Source: Thiotrichaceae bacterium
GTDB lineage: Bacteria; Pseudomonadota; Gammaproteobacteria; Eutrophobiales; Eutrophobiaceae
Length of the DNA stretch: 64,000 nucleotides
Assembly (NCBI GenBank): GCA_012960105.1
Contig: DUBV01000045.1
Coordinates: 1,465-65,464, forward strand
Direction: 5' to 3'
This document shows positions 38,445 through 47,617 of this stretch, piece after piece; position 1 is the stretch's first letter, and each line of letters opens with the position of its first letter. The notes beneath the pieces were generated by a model. The model saw only the letters and a list, made by a program, of their open reading frames with translations. It searched no databases and was not told where the DNA came from. The position numbers were made by a program, and so were the translations under genes.

Positions 38445-40133
38445 TCAATCTTTCATATGGTGCTTAGGACTTACCGGTCGCATTGTTGCATTTGCAATCA
38501 ATGCCACAAACAAGATCACCGCCATCAGATACATGGTTGAATTGTAAAGTCCTGATGTAGGATCGATGGTACCTTCAGGTACTATCTCCATCAATTTACT
38601 AATGGTGACAGTCTTCGCCGCTATGAGTTGATCCAGTTGGGCTACACCAGCACCAAATGTTGATTGAAAGAGTGCAGGATCGATTTTACCAACAAGATCA
38701 TTGATTGCGTCTTTAACGGATATTTCACGCAATGAGGTAATCGCTAATGGGCCAAATACACCGGCACTGGCCCAGGCTGTGAGTAGGCGACCATGAATGC
38801 CACCAACATATTTAGTACCAAATATATCTGCCAGATAAGCCGGTATCGTTGCAAAACCACCTCCGTACATGGTGAATATGATCATGGTAGCTGCGTAGAA
38901 ATAAACCAACCATACTACGGAAGGATTCACACTGACTTGCTGCGCCGTGTAAGGAATTGAACAATATAAGATTATTCCTAATGTAAAAAAGACCCAATAG
39001 GTATTTCGCCGTCCAAGATAATCCGATGCACTGGCCCAGACAAAGCGACCTACCATATTAAATGCACTGATCATCAGTACATAGGTTGAGGCAAATCCAA
39101 AATCAACGATGTTGGGCAGGGTCGTGCCAAAGATTTCATTCATCATCGTCTTGGCAACGGCCAAAACACCAATACCCGCAGTCACGTTAAAACATAACAC
39201 GACCCATAGTTGATAAAACTGAGGCGTTTTTAATGCTTCGTCAATATGAACACTGTGATGACTGATCATAGCATGTTGTTTATCTTCAGGAGGAGCTTCC
39301 CATCCTTCAGGTTTCCATCCTTCTCCAGGTACACGATAACCAAATGCAGCGCACATCATGATGACAAAATAAATGACTCCTAGAGCAAAAAAAGCCTGGG
39401 CGACACCAACTGTTCCCGTGCCAACCACATAGACACCGGCATCACCGGGCACCAACATATTGGTAATGTCATTTGCACCAACAATAACGACCTCTTGCAA
39501 ATTACCCGCGATTTCTGCAAGTCGTCGACCTGTTTCATCTGTGGTTAATGTGACGCTTTCTACAGGACCAAGATAATCAGGAGCTTTATAAAATATTTTG
39601 ATAAAAGGTTCGATCATGAATTTGGCAATCATGGCTCCACCACCAAAACCCATAATGGCAATACCTGTTGCCATGCCACGTCGATCAGGAAACCAACGTA
39701 TCAATGTACTAACGGGAGAAACATAACCGAGTCCAAGACCACATCCACCGATGACACCGTAGCCTAAATATAATAACCAGAGCTGACCGGTAAGTATTCC
39801 AATACCACCTATTATAAAGCCACCACCCCAACAACAGGCGGCAACTGAACCTACCATTCTAGGCCCTACTTTTTCCAGCCACTTGCCGGCAACAGCAGCA
39901 GATAGACCAAGAAAGACGATAGCAACAGTGAATATCCAGACAACACTTTTTAATGACCAGTCATCAGCAGAACTGACAACGACTCCAAGCCGTTTAATTA
40001 ATGAAGGATTAAACAGGCTCCAGGCATAAACCGAGCCTATACATAAATGGATTCCTAATGCAGCGGGTGCAATCAACCAACGGTTGAAACCTTCTTTCGC
40101 TACGATGTGTTTTTTAGACAGTAATTCAAGCAT
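38445..40133 (-). CDS. MFS transporter, oxalate/formate antiporter (OFA) family
   Basis: 562 aa, 12 or more TM helices with a central insertion. N-terminus FNRWLIAPAALGIHLCIGSVYAWS is typical of OFA/L-lactate-type MFS proteins. Confidence 0.75.
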   Translation of the reverse strand: MLELLSKKHIVAKEGFNRWLIAPAALGIHLCIGSVYAWSLFNPSLIKRLGVVVSSADDWSLKSVVWIFTVAIVFLGLSAAVAGKWLEKVGPRMVGSVAACCWGGGFIIGGIGILTGQLWLLYLGYGVIGGCGLGLGYVSPVSTLIRWFPDRRGMATGIAIMGFGGGAMIAKFMIEPFIKIFYKAPDYLGPVESVTLTTDETGRRLAEIAGNLQEVVIVGANDITNMLVPGDAGVYVVGTGTVGVAQAFFALGVIYFVIMMCAAFGYRVPGEGWKPEGWEAPPEDKQHAMISHHSVHIDEALKTPQFYQLWVVLCFNVTAGIGVLAVAKTMMNEIFGTTLPNIVDFGFASTYVLMISAFNMVGRFVWASASDYLGRRNTYWVFFTLGIILYCSIPYTAQQVSVNPSVVWLVYFYAATMIIFTMYGGGFATIPAYLADIFGTKYVGGIHGRLLTAWASAGVFGPLAITSLREISVKDAINDLVGKIDPALFQSTFGAGVAQLDQLIAAKTVTISKLMEIVPEGTIDPTSGLYNSTMYLMAVILFVALIANATMRPVSPKHHMKD

Positions 40134-40299
40134 GCTGATGTTTTCCCCAAAAATATTTTGATGCTCTAAATAGTTGATATTTTAGTTATTAGTTCTTAAT
40201 TATCACAAAATATAATGGAATATTAAACCAATTATGTTTAATTATCACATTTCTATGAATGTTTAAGGAAATTCAGTTTGACAGAGACAGGATCATCAG

Positions 40300-40520
40300 T
40301 ATTCTCCTCGATTGAAAATATTAGGTGCCAACTGTTTATGACAGTTGTGTTAAACGGGAAGTCGGTGCGTTTTTTAAACAATTCCGACGCTGCCCCCGCA
40401 ACGGTAAGTGAGTATAAATTTGTTCAATAAGTCACTGTGTCAGTTTTTAATAGACATGGGAAGACGAGCAAACTGATGTTTCATCACTCATAAGCCCGGA
40501 GACCGGCCTGATATTTATTT
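40300..40520 (+). promoter_or_regulatory. Cobalamin (B12) riboswitch
   Basis: uaGGUGCC..., AAACGGGAAGUCGGUG, GCUGCCCCCGCAACGGUAA, and the B12 box AAGCCCGGAGACCGGCC at 40492..40508. Lies directly upstream of the TonB-dependent receptor. Confidence 0.9.
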
Positions 40521-40559
40521 AACCACGCTGCGGGTGGCTGTGGAAGCGATTATTGATGA

Positions 40560-42692
40560 ATGCAGATATCTCTGTATTTATTTCTGTTCCCTTTCCTAAA
40601 TCTCCAGCATATATCAAATCAATCGGTGCGGCGGGCACCATGGGGAGTTACAATTTTGTGTACTATTATTTTACAGGCATTTCTATGTCTTTTACTTTTT
40701 TCAAATGTTGTTCTTGCAGAAAATATTAAATTAGATCCTTTAACAGTAGTTTCGACGCGACTGGATGATGAAGTCGCAAATGCACCAAAAAACATCACAA
40801 TAATTACGTCAGAACAAATTGAAGCTTCTCCGGCAAAAACCATTCCGGAGTTACTTTCCCTTGAAGCGGGAATACTAAGTCGAAGTTTTTTTGGAAATTC
40901 AGCGGCTAGAAGCACAATAGATATACGTGGGTTTGGAGCAAGCTCCACACAAAATACCTTGATATTACTTGATGGGCGTCGCTTAAATAACATTGACCAA
41001 TCCTCAATAAATTATGCGGCCATACCTATTCATAATATTGAACGCATTGAAATTATCCGTGGTTCTGGTGGTGTACTTTATGGTGATGGCGCGGTTGGCG
41101 GAGCAATTAATATAATAACAAAGCGTGCTCAGGCAGGAGAGAAATCAGGAGTAGCAAAAGTTTCTTATGGATCTTACAAAACGAGCCAAGCCGAAGCTAT
41201 TTTAACATTAGGTACAGAGAAATATGGAATTAATATCGCAGCAAACTATATTGATTCAAATGGATACAGAAGTAACAATGAGTTGAAACAAGAAAATATA
41301 CAAACTGATATTAGACGCGACTTTGATAGAGGTGAGTTATTCATTAAAGCAGGTGCGTCAGAGCAACACTTAGGCCTTTCAGGAAACAGACAAGTAAATC
41401 CTGGTGCCAACGTTAATTTATTAGTTACTGATCGACAAGGAGCAAGTACACCTAAAGATTTTGCAAAAGAAGACTCTTACTTTTTAACATTGGGTAGCCG
41501 TCAACAGTTTTATAAAGGTGTTGAAGCAATTATTGATTTTGGTTATCGCTTTAAAAATCAAAAAGCATTTTTTGACCAAAGCGGCTTCCCAAGTTCTTTA
41601 GATTCTGATTTTGATACTTGGTCTGTAACACCAAGGCTAAGTATTGACCAAACGTTAGTTAATTTAAATCACCATATTACATTTGGTGCTGATGTTTATT
41701 ATTATAATTATGATTCTAATCGTTCTCCGACTTTGGCGACGAGTAATAATCCTATTCATAAACTGGGCGTAGATCAAAAGACCTATGCACTCTATTTTAA
41801 TGATCTAATTGATATTACAAACTCAACTCATTTTGAATTAGGGGCAAGGATTCAACATGTGAACCTAAATGCTGTAGATAAAGTTAATCGTGCCGCACCG
41901 GGTGCTTTTGGTACAGAAACAAAAGCAACAGATAAATCTCAGAATAATACTGAGGAAATGTATAACTTAGGTATTCGTCATGAGTTTACAAACAATGTAT
42001 CCGTTTATGGAAATATTGGTAGAAGTGTACGGTTTGCTAATGTTGATGATGTATACGACGGATTTAGTAAATTTACGCTATTAAACCCCCAAACGGCTAA
42101 TCACTTTGATATTGGCGTTAGTATTAATTTAGAGAAAGTATCTGCGTCGGTTTCTAGTTATTATATGGATTTAGAAAATGAGATTCATTTCAATGCTGCA
42201 GCAAGTACTTTTGGAACAAATGTTAACCTCGATCCAACTAAACGCGAAGGAATAGAAACTACGATTGAATTAATGCCTTTTACTGATTTTTCTATTAGGG
42301 GTAATTATGCCTATCTAGTTTCTGAATTTGATGAAGGTGCTTTAGCAGGTAATGAAGTGCCCTTGATACCTAAGCATACTGCAAGCATCTCAGCTAATTG
42401 GAATGTAAATTCCGTGGTTACCATTGCTTCAATCTGGCGATATGTAGGTGAAAAACGCTTCGATAATGATCAAAACAATAATTTTGGACAAAAAATCCCG
42501 GACTATCATATGTGGGATCTAAAATTAAATGGTCATTATCATGGTTGGGCTACAGACGTGTCTTTGAATAATGTGCTTGATGAAAAGGCTATTGATTATG
42601 CAGTTAGAAGCACGACAACAGCAGGAAAATATAATGCGCAACCATTGCCAGAACGAAATATAACTTTGTCTGTAAGCTATAATTTCAATTAG
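40560..42692 (+). CDS. btuB: TonB-dependent vitamin B12 receptor
   Basis: TonB box DPLTVVST, plug motifs (IEIIRGSGGVLYGDGAVGGAINIITK), C-terminal ...LSVSYNF, and riboswitch control. The start codon is uncertain because the signal peptide begins only about 30 codons after the track ATG. Confidence 0.8.
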   Translation: MQISLYLFLFPFLNLQHISNQSVRRAPWGVTILCTIILQAFLCLLLFSNVVLAENIKLDPLTVVSTRLDDEVANAPKNITIITSEQIEASPAKTIPELLSLEAGILSRSFFGNSAARSTIDIRGFGASSTQNTLILLDGRRLNNIDQSSINYAAIPIHNIERIEIIRGSGGVLYGDGAVGGAINIITKRAQAGEKSGVAKVSYGSYKTSQAEAILTLGTEKYGINIAANYIDSNGYRSNNELKQENIQTDIRRDFDRGELFIKAGASEQHLGLSGNRQVNPGANVNLLVTDRQGASTPKDFAKEDSYFLTLGSRQQFYKGVEAIIDFGYRFKNQKAFFDQSGFPSSLDSDFDTWSVTPRLSIDQTLVNLNHHITFGADVYYYNYDSNRSPTLATSNNPIHKLGVDQKTYALYFNDLIDITNSTHFELGARIQHVNLNAVDKVNRAAPGAFGTETKATDKSQNNTEEMYNLGIRHEFTNNVSVYGNIGRSVRFANVDDVYDGFSKFTLLNPQTANHFDIGVSINLEKVSASVSSYYMDLENEIHFNAAASTFGTNVNLDPTKREGIETTIELMPFTDFSIRGNYAYLVSEFDEGALAGNEVPLIPKHTASISANWNVNSVVTIASIWRYVGEKRFDNDQNNNFGQKIPDYHMWDLKLNGHYHGWATDVSLNNVLDEKAIDYAVRSTTTAGKYNAQPLPERNITLSVSYNFN

Positions 42693-42749
42693 ATGATATT
42701 ATATCATTTATAAAAACAATCATGAGTCCATATCTTCAGGAGAAATTTT

Positions 42750-43277
42750 ATGTCTAGACATAAGAATATTATTTTATTAGTTTTGGTGCTTTTGGCTGTC
42801 TTTTCAAGATTTGTTCCTCATCCCCTTAATTTCACACCTATAGGTGCCCTCGGTCTTTTTGCGGGCGCCTATATTGTTGATAAGAGAGTATGGCTATTAC
42901 CTGTTTGTGCTTTATTACTAAGTGATTTTTTTGTGGGTTTTTATGAACCTATTGCGATGTTGTTTGTATATCTAGGCTTTGCTTTGAGCGCATTTGTAGG
43001 TCGTTTATTACTTTCTGAAAAACGCTCTTCACTTAACTTAGGCGGAGCAGCATTTTCATCAGCAACACTATTTTTTATTGTTTCAAATTTTGGAACGTGG
43101 TTGTCTGGTACGCTTTACCCTATGTCATTGGCTGGTTTAGCTGATTGCTATGTAATGGCAATTCCATTCTATGGTAATACTTTATTAGGCGATCTTTTTT
43201 ATGTAGTAGTGTTGTTTGGTCTTTTTGAGGGCTCTCAAGTTTGGATGCAAAAGAGAGATATTGGTCAAGCAGCTTAA
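42750..43277 (+). CDS. Small polytopic membrane protein, candidate inner-membrane cobalamin transporter (BtuM / solitary ECF-S-component-like)
   Basis: 175 aa, 5-6 TM helices, sandwiched between btuB and the adenosyltransferase in one riboswitch-led unit. The function is inferred from context, not from a recognised motif. Confidence 0.45.
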   Translation: MSRHKNIILLVLVLLAVFSRFVPHPLNFTPIGALGLFAGAYIVDKRVWLLPVCALLLSDFFVGFYEPIAMLFVYLGFALSAFVGRLLLSEKRSSLNLGGAAFSSATLFFIVSNFGTWLSGTLYPMSLAGLADCYVMAIPFYGNTLLGDLFYVVVLFGLFEGSQVWMQKRDIGQAA

Positions 43278-43306
43278 TTAAACTATATAAATAGGAAAGT
43301 CATTTT

Positions 43307-43867
43307 ATGGGTAATAGGTTGTCTAAAATCGTTACTCGTACCGGAGATGATGGCACAACAGGATTGGCTAATGGAGAGCGAGTAGATAAGTCTAGTATTC
43401 GCGTTGAAGTAATAGGCAATATCGATGAATTAAATAGTTTAATCGGAGTTATTGTAGCAAGTGATATTTCGGATGATATATCTGGCTATCTATTAAATAT
43501 TCAACATAGACTATTTGATATAGGTGGTGAGATTGCCACTCCTGGAAATGCAATTATTTCTCCTGTATGTGTTGAACGTATAGAAGAACTAATCGAATCT
43601 TACAATGAAGACTTACCTGCCTTAAAAGAATTTGTATTGCCTGGTGGTTCTCTTTCAGCGTCCATATGTCATATGACCAGAAGTATTTGTCGGCGTTGTG
43701 AACGTAGCATGGTTGAATTAAGTCATGTTGAATACCTTAATCCTGAAACATTACGTTATATAAACCGCTTATCTGATTTGTTATTTGTTTTGGCAAGAAC
43801 GTTAAACCAAAGCAAAGGTGGTAAGGAAATATTTTGGGATAGTGAAAGACTAAAAAGGTCGGTATAA
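43307..43867 (+). CDS. PduO-type ATP:cob(I)alamin adenosyltransferase
   Basis: IVTRTGDDGTTGLANGERVDKSS...IGNIDELNS..., LPGG and INRLSDLLFVLAR blocks. Confidence 0.85.
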   Translation: MGNRLSKIVTRTGDDGTTGLANGERVDKSSIRVEVIGNIDELNSLIGVIVASDISDDISGYLLNIQHRLFDIGGEIATPGNAIISPVCVERIEELIESYNEDLPALKEFVLPGGSLSASICHMTRSICRRCERSMVELSHVEYLNPETLRYINRLSDLLFVLARTLNQSKGGKEIFWDSERLKRSV

Positions 43868-43886
43868 ATTAATTAGTTAAAATGCA

Positions 43887-44543
43887 CTAATACTTTTTTT
43901 CTAATTCCATGACTCTGCCTTCGCGTTTCATATTCAATTTTCCTAGAAACGACATGCCAAGTAGTGTAACTACGGGGAAACTGCCTTCATGAACAGCACC
44001 TTGTACATTCTGTAATTCTATATCGCCAACTCTTACTTTCTTTAAATTAATAATATAGATTTTTGATTTTCCTGAAGCGGTATAAGACGAACCAACTCTA
44101 CCTTCGAGTTTGTAATCTATACCTATTTTCTTAGCAACATTACTATTCATTGAAACCAATGTTGCTCCAGTATCAACAACGAAGGAAACATGCGAACCGT
44201 TAATTTGACCGCTAACGTTATACATGCCTGCACGATCAGGCGTAAGAATTATTTTTTTACCTTCAGTAGATGCCGCGAAAGTATTACCGATATGTGTGCC
44301 CAAGGTATAGGTATCTTGTTTGCCGTCGATTTCTATGATGGCTTCTTTGCTATTTGATTCGATTAGTAACACACCTTCAGGACTGGCTTTGCCTGCTCTT
44401 AATACACGTTGTTTGCCATCGATAGTCACTATAGCTTTATTTTTGAATAGACCATTAATAACGACTTTATTAACCGCAAAAGCGGATTGATTAATGCATA
44501 TAAAAGCTATACTAATAAATAGAAACTTAAAAATAATTTTCAT
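43887..44543 (-). CDS. Retropepsin-like (clan AA) aspartic protease, membrane-anchored
   Basis: FVVDTGATLVSMN catalytic DTG. Start taken at MKIIFKF (44543). Confidence 0.7.
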   Translation of the reverse strand: MKIIFKFLFISIAFICINQSAFAVNKVVINGLFKNKAIVTIDGKQRVLRAGKASPEGVLLIESNSKEAIIEIDGKQDTYTLGTHIGNTFAASTEGKKIILTPDRAGMYNVSGQINGSHVSFVVDTGATLVSMNSNVAKKIGIDYKLEGRVGSSYTASGKSKIYIINLKKVRVGDIELQNVQGAVHEGSFPVVTLLGMSFLGKLNMKREGRVMELEKKY

Positions 44544-44627
44544 GATGAATGCTGATCTATAAAGTATTGGCATGAGTATATAACAGTCTTAATATTTATT
44601 GTTCTTATTAAAGCGAGTAAAAATATA

Positions 44628-45740
44628 ATGATAATAATTTTAAAACCCGATGCAGATAAGACTAGCAACGAATATAAAAGTTTGCAGACTTATCTGGATA
44701 ATTTGAACGATATTACCATTCGTATGCATGAGGAAATCGGTGAACAACAACGTTTAACTGAACTCTACCTTGTTGGCAATACGGCAGCTCTGGATATTTC
44801 TCAAATAAATAACTTTTCTGTGGTTGAACGCGCTGTCAGAGTTTCCCGTGAATATCGAGTATTAGGTCGGCACAGTGAAGATGTTCGTGACAGTCATTTT
44901 GACTATAACGGCGTGAGATTTGGTCAAGATGAGTTTAATATTTTCGCTGGGCTATGTGCAGTAGATACGCGCGAGCATGTAGAAGAAATGATGCGCGCTA
45001 TAAAAGACCTTGGGCTAAATTGTACGCGCATGGGCGCTTATAAACCGCGTACAAATCCATATTCATTCCAGGGCTTTGGTAAAAAGTGTTTGCCTTATGT
45101 TTTCGAGCTGGCAGGTAAATATGATATTAAAGTTATCTCTATGGAAATTACTCATGATGTGCATATAGAAGAAATTAGTTATGCACTTGAAAAAGCCGGA
45201 AATCCTACCGGCGTCATGTTGCAGATAGGCACACGTAATACTCAAAATTTTGAATTATTAAAAGCAGTAGGGCGGCAACGATTATTTCCGGTATTAATTA
45301 AGCGTGGCTTTGGTATTACTTTAGAAGAATCACTTAATGCAGCGGAGTACCTTGCTAGCGAAGGAAACCATAACGTTGTATTTTGTTTGCGCGGAATGAA
45401 AACGAATATGGGAGATCCGCATCGAAATTTAGTCGATTTCGCACATGTGCCAGTGGTTAAACGATTAACGCATATGCCGGTATGCATTGATCCCTCTCAT
45501 TCGGTAGGTTCAAGAGAAAGAGGGCCTGACGGTATGCTTGATGTGATGCATGCGGCAACACAAGGCGTTATAGCCGGAGCAAACATGGTACTTGCTGATT
45601 TTCATCCTGACCCTGAAACAGCTTTAGTTGATGGGCCACAAGCTCTGTTAATGGGCGAACTAGAATGGTTCGTTGAAGATCTGGCTATTGCCAGAAAAGC
45701 ATTTTTAGAACGTAAGAAATGTTATAACAAATATAATTAA
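44628..45740 (+). CDS. 3-deoxy-7-phosphoheptulonate (DAHP) synthase, type I-beta with an N-terminal regulatory domain
   Basis: N-terminal ferredoxin-like domain (MIIILKPDA...), then a KdsA/AroG-I-beta core (GAYKPRTNPYSFQG, IKRG, DPSH). Confidence 0.8.
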   Translation: MIIILKPDADKTSNEYKSLQTYLDNLNDITIRMHEEIGEQQRLTELYLVGNTAALDISQINNFSVVERAVRVSREYRVLGRHSEDVRDSHFDYNGVRFGQDEFNIFAGLCAVDTREHVEEMMRAIKDLGLNCTRMGAYKPRTNPYSFQGFGKKCLPYVFELAGKYDIKVISMEITHDVHIEEISYALEKAGNPTGVMLQIGTRNTQNFELLKAVGRQRLFPVLIKRGFGITLEESLNAAEYLASEGNHNVVFCLRGMKTNMGDPHRNLVDFAHVPVVKRLTHMPVCIDPSHSVGSRERGPDGMLDVMHAATQGVIAGANMVLADFHPDPETALVDGPQALLMGELEWFVEDLAIARKAFLERKKCYNKYN

Positions 45741-45744
45741 TATT

Positions 45745-46632
45745 TTAATTCGGATTGATTATAATTTCTTTTTCTTTAGGTAGAGAATTTGCATCCCAGT
45801 TTTTAATAGACCAATCGAGGATAGTTTCAACATTATAAGTTTTTAATTTTTCATCGGGCTTTTGGCCAAGAAAGTTAAGTGCTTTAAATAAAATCTCATT
45901 GGGTTTGTTTGTTGTTATAGACTCTGCTTTATCAGCCTTACTAATTTTTTTACCGTTTTTATCCACTGCAATAGGCAAGTGTAGGTATGAGGGCGTAAGT
46001 AAGTTTAGTTTATTTTGTAAATAAACTTGTCTAGGCGTTGAATCTAGTAAATCAATACCGCGTACTATGTCCGTTATATTTTGTTCCGCATCATCAACGA
46101 CGACAGCAAGATGATAAGCAAAATAACCGTCAGCACGTTTGATTATAAAATCACCAATCTCAGATTGTAGACATTGTTTATAAAATCCTTGTAAGAAATC
46201 ATTTATACCAACTTCGTTATTATTGGTTTTTAATCTAATAGAACGCGCTTTGTTTCCTGATGTAATACCGTTTCGGCAAGTTCCCGGATAAGGCTTATCT
46301 GATAAATCTTTACGACTGCACGCGCAGGGAAATGTATATTCGTTTTGCTGTAGCTCATCGAGTGCAGCTTGATATAAATCAAGTCTCTGACTTTGATAGA
46401 CAACTGACTCATCCCAAAATAGACCAAGAGATTCTAGCTGTTCTAGTATGATTTTATTTGCGCCGGCAACAGCACGGGATTGATCTATATCATCAATCCG
46501 AACTAACCATTTTCCATGGTTCTGATGTGATTGTATGTAACTTCCTAGAGCAGCAATGATGGAACCGAAATGAAGTGGGCCGCTTGGCGTAGGAGCAAAG
46601 CGGCCGCGATAGTTTGAACTAATATTAGTAAT
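45745..46632 (-). CDS. gluQ: Glutamyl-Q tRNA(Asp) synthetase; no canonical start codon, ATT proposed
   Basis: Manual translation is open for 295 codons: (I)TNISSNYRGRFAPTPSGPLHFGS...WLVRIDDID...KRADGYFAYHLAVVVDD...IVRGIDLL...LHLPIAV. The HIGH-like LHFGS motif is present. The frame has no ATG or GTG, and its only TTG is at codon ~219. Confidence 0.7.
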   Translation of the reverse strand: MTNISSNYRGRFAPTPSGPLHFGSIIAALGSYIQSHQNHGKWLVRIDDIDQSRAVAGANKIILEQLESLGLFWDESVVYQSQRLDLYQAALDELQQNEYTFPCACSRKDLSDKPYPGTCRNGITSGNKARSIRLKTNNNEVGINDFLQGFYKQCLQSEIGDFIIKRADGYFAYHLAVVVDDAEQNITDIVRGIDLLDSTPRQVYLQNKLNLLTPSYLHLPIAVDKNGKKISKADKAESITTNKPNEILFKALNFLGQKPDEKLKTYNVETILDWSIKNWDANSLPKEKEIIINPN

Positions 46633-46638
46633 TAAATG

Positions 46639-47343
46639 TTAGCCCAGTTGACGTTCTTTAATCTCGTCTAAGGTTTTACAGTCAATGCATTGTGTAGCTG
46701 TTGGTCTTGCTTCTAAACGTCCGATGCTAATTTCAATGCCGCACACTTCACAATAACCATAATCTCCACTATCTAAAGATAAGATAGCTTCATCAATTTT
46801 TCGAATCAGTTTTCTTTCTCTATCGCGTGTACGAAGTTCTAGAGAAAATTCTTCTTCCTGTGTTGCTCTATCATTAGGATCAGGGAAGTTAGCTGCTTCG
46901 TCTTGCATATGATGCACAGTACGATCAACTCCCGCTAATAATTCATCCTTCCATGCATTAAGTAACATACGAAAATGTTCTGTTTGTTTCTTACCCATAA
47001 ATTCTTCACCTTTCTTTTGCTTGTAAGGTGTGGGCTTTGCTTTTTTACTTGTTTTAGCTGTAGATACTTTAGTTTTAATATCAGTTACTTTTTTGGTCAT
47101 TCCTGTCTTCTTCTTCTTTGTTGATGATTTCTGTAGGGTCTGTTTTTTTACAGCCGTTTTTTTGCTTGCTGCTTTCTTGGCAGCTTTCTTTTTAGTTGTC
47201 GGTTTTTTCGTTACCTTCTTTTCCGTCACTTTTTTAGGCACGATTTTCTTCTTAGCTACCTTTTTCTTTTTCGAAGGTGCTTTTTTTGTAACAACTTTCT
47301 TCTTCGTTACTTTCTTTTTAGTCGTTTTTTTCTTGGCAGCCAT
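46639..47343 (-). CDS. dksA: RNA polymerase-binding regulator DksA with a lysine-rich N-terminal extension
   Basis: C-terminal 140 aa are colinear with DksA (GEEFM...HFRMLL..., DEAANFPDPNDRATQEEEFSLELRTRDRERKLI, CEVCGIEI...CIDCKT zinc finger). They are preceded by about 95 aa that are roughly 45% Lys. AGGAG lies 8 nt before the ATG at 47343. Confidence 0.85.
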   Translation of the reverse strand: MAAKKKTTKKKVTKKKVVTKKAPSKKKKVAKKKIVPKKVTEKKVTKKPTTKKKAAKKAASKKTAVKKQTLQKSSTKKKKTGMTKKVTDIKTKVSTAKTSKKAKPTPYKQKKGEEFMGKKQTEHFRMLLNAWKDELLAGVDRTVHHMQDEAANFPDPNDRATQEEEFSLELRTRDRERKLIRKIDEAILSLDSGDYGYCEVCGIEISIGRLEARPTATQCIDCKTLDEIKERQLG

Positions 47344-47617
47344 GTACAAGTCTCCTACCTCTAAAAAAATCAGCGTGCATCTATATCAGAAAGTTTCAAT
47401 TGAAGCAATTCTGATTTGATTATTAATGAACATCTGCTTAAGTCTGGTCAAACAGATTGCAGGTTAAAATAGCCTGGTTCAAGACGTAAAACGCGAGTAA
47501 TAGCGGGCTATTGCTAAGTTTTACAAAGCTTCCGCATCCTTGCTCACGCTCCTCAGCTACATCCATGTAGGCGACGCAGGAACAGCTAGTTTTAATCGCA
47601 AGATGTCGATTCATGAT

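Noticed and set aside
46230-46427. 65-aa ORF from the track inside the gluQ region.
   Set aside because: It is an off-frame TTG-initiated ORF. The GluQ-RS homology runs in a different frame that is open across the whole region.
47030-47419. 129-aa Phe-rich plus-strand ORF.
   Set aside because: It is the antisense reading of the lysine codon-rich (AAA/AAG) dksA extension, so the poly-Phe/Leu is a compositional artefact.
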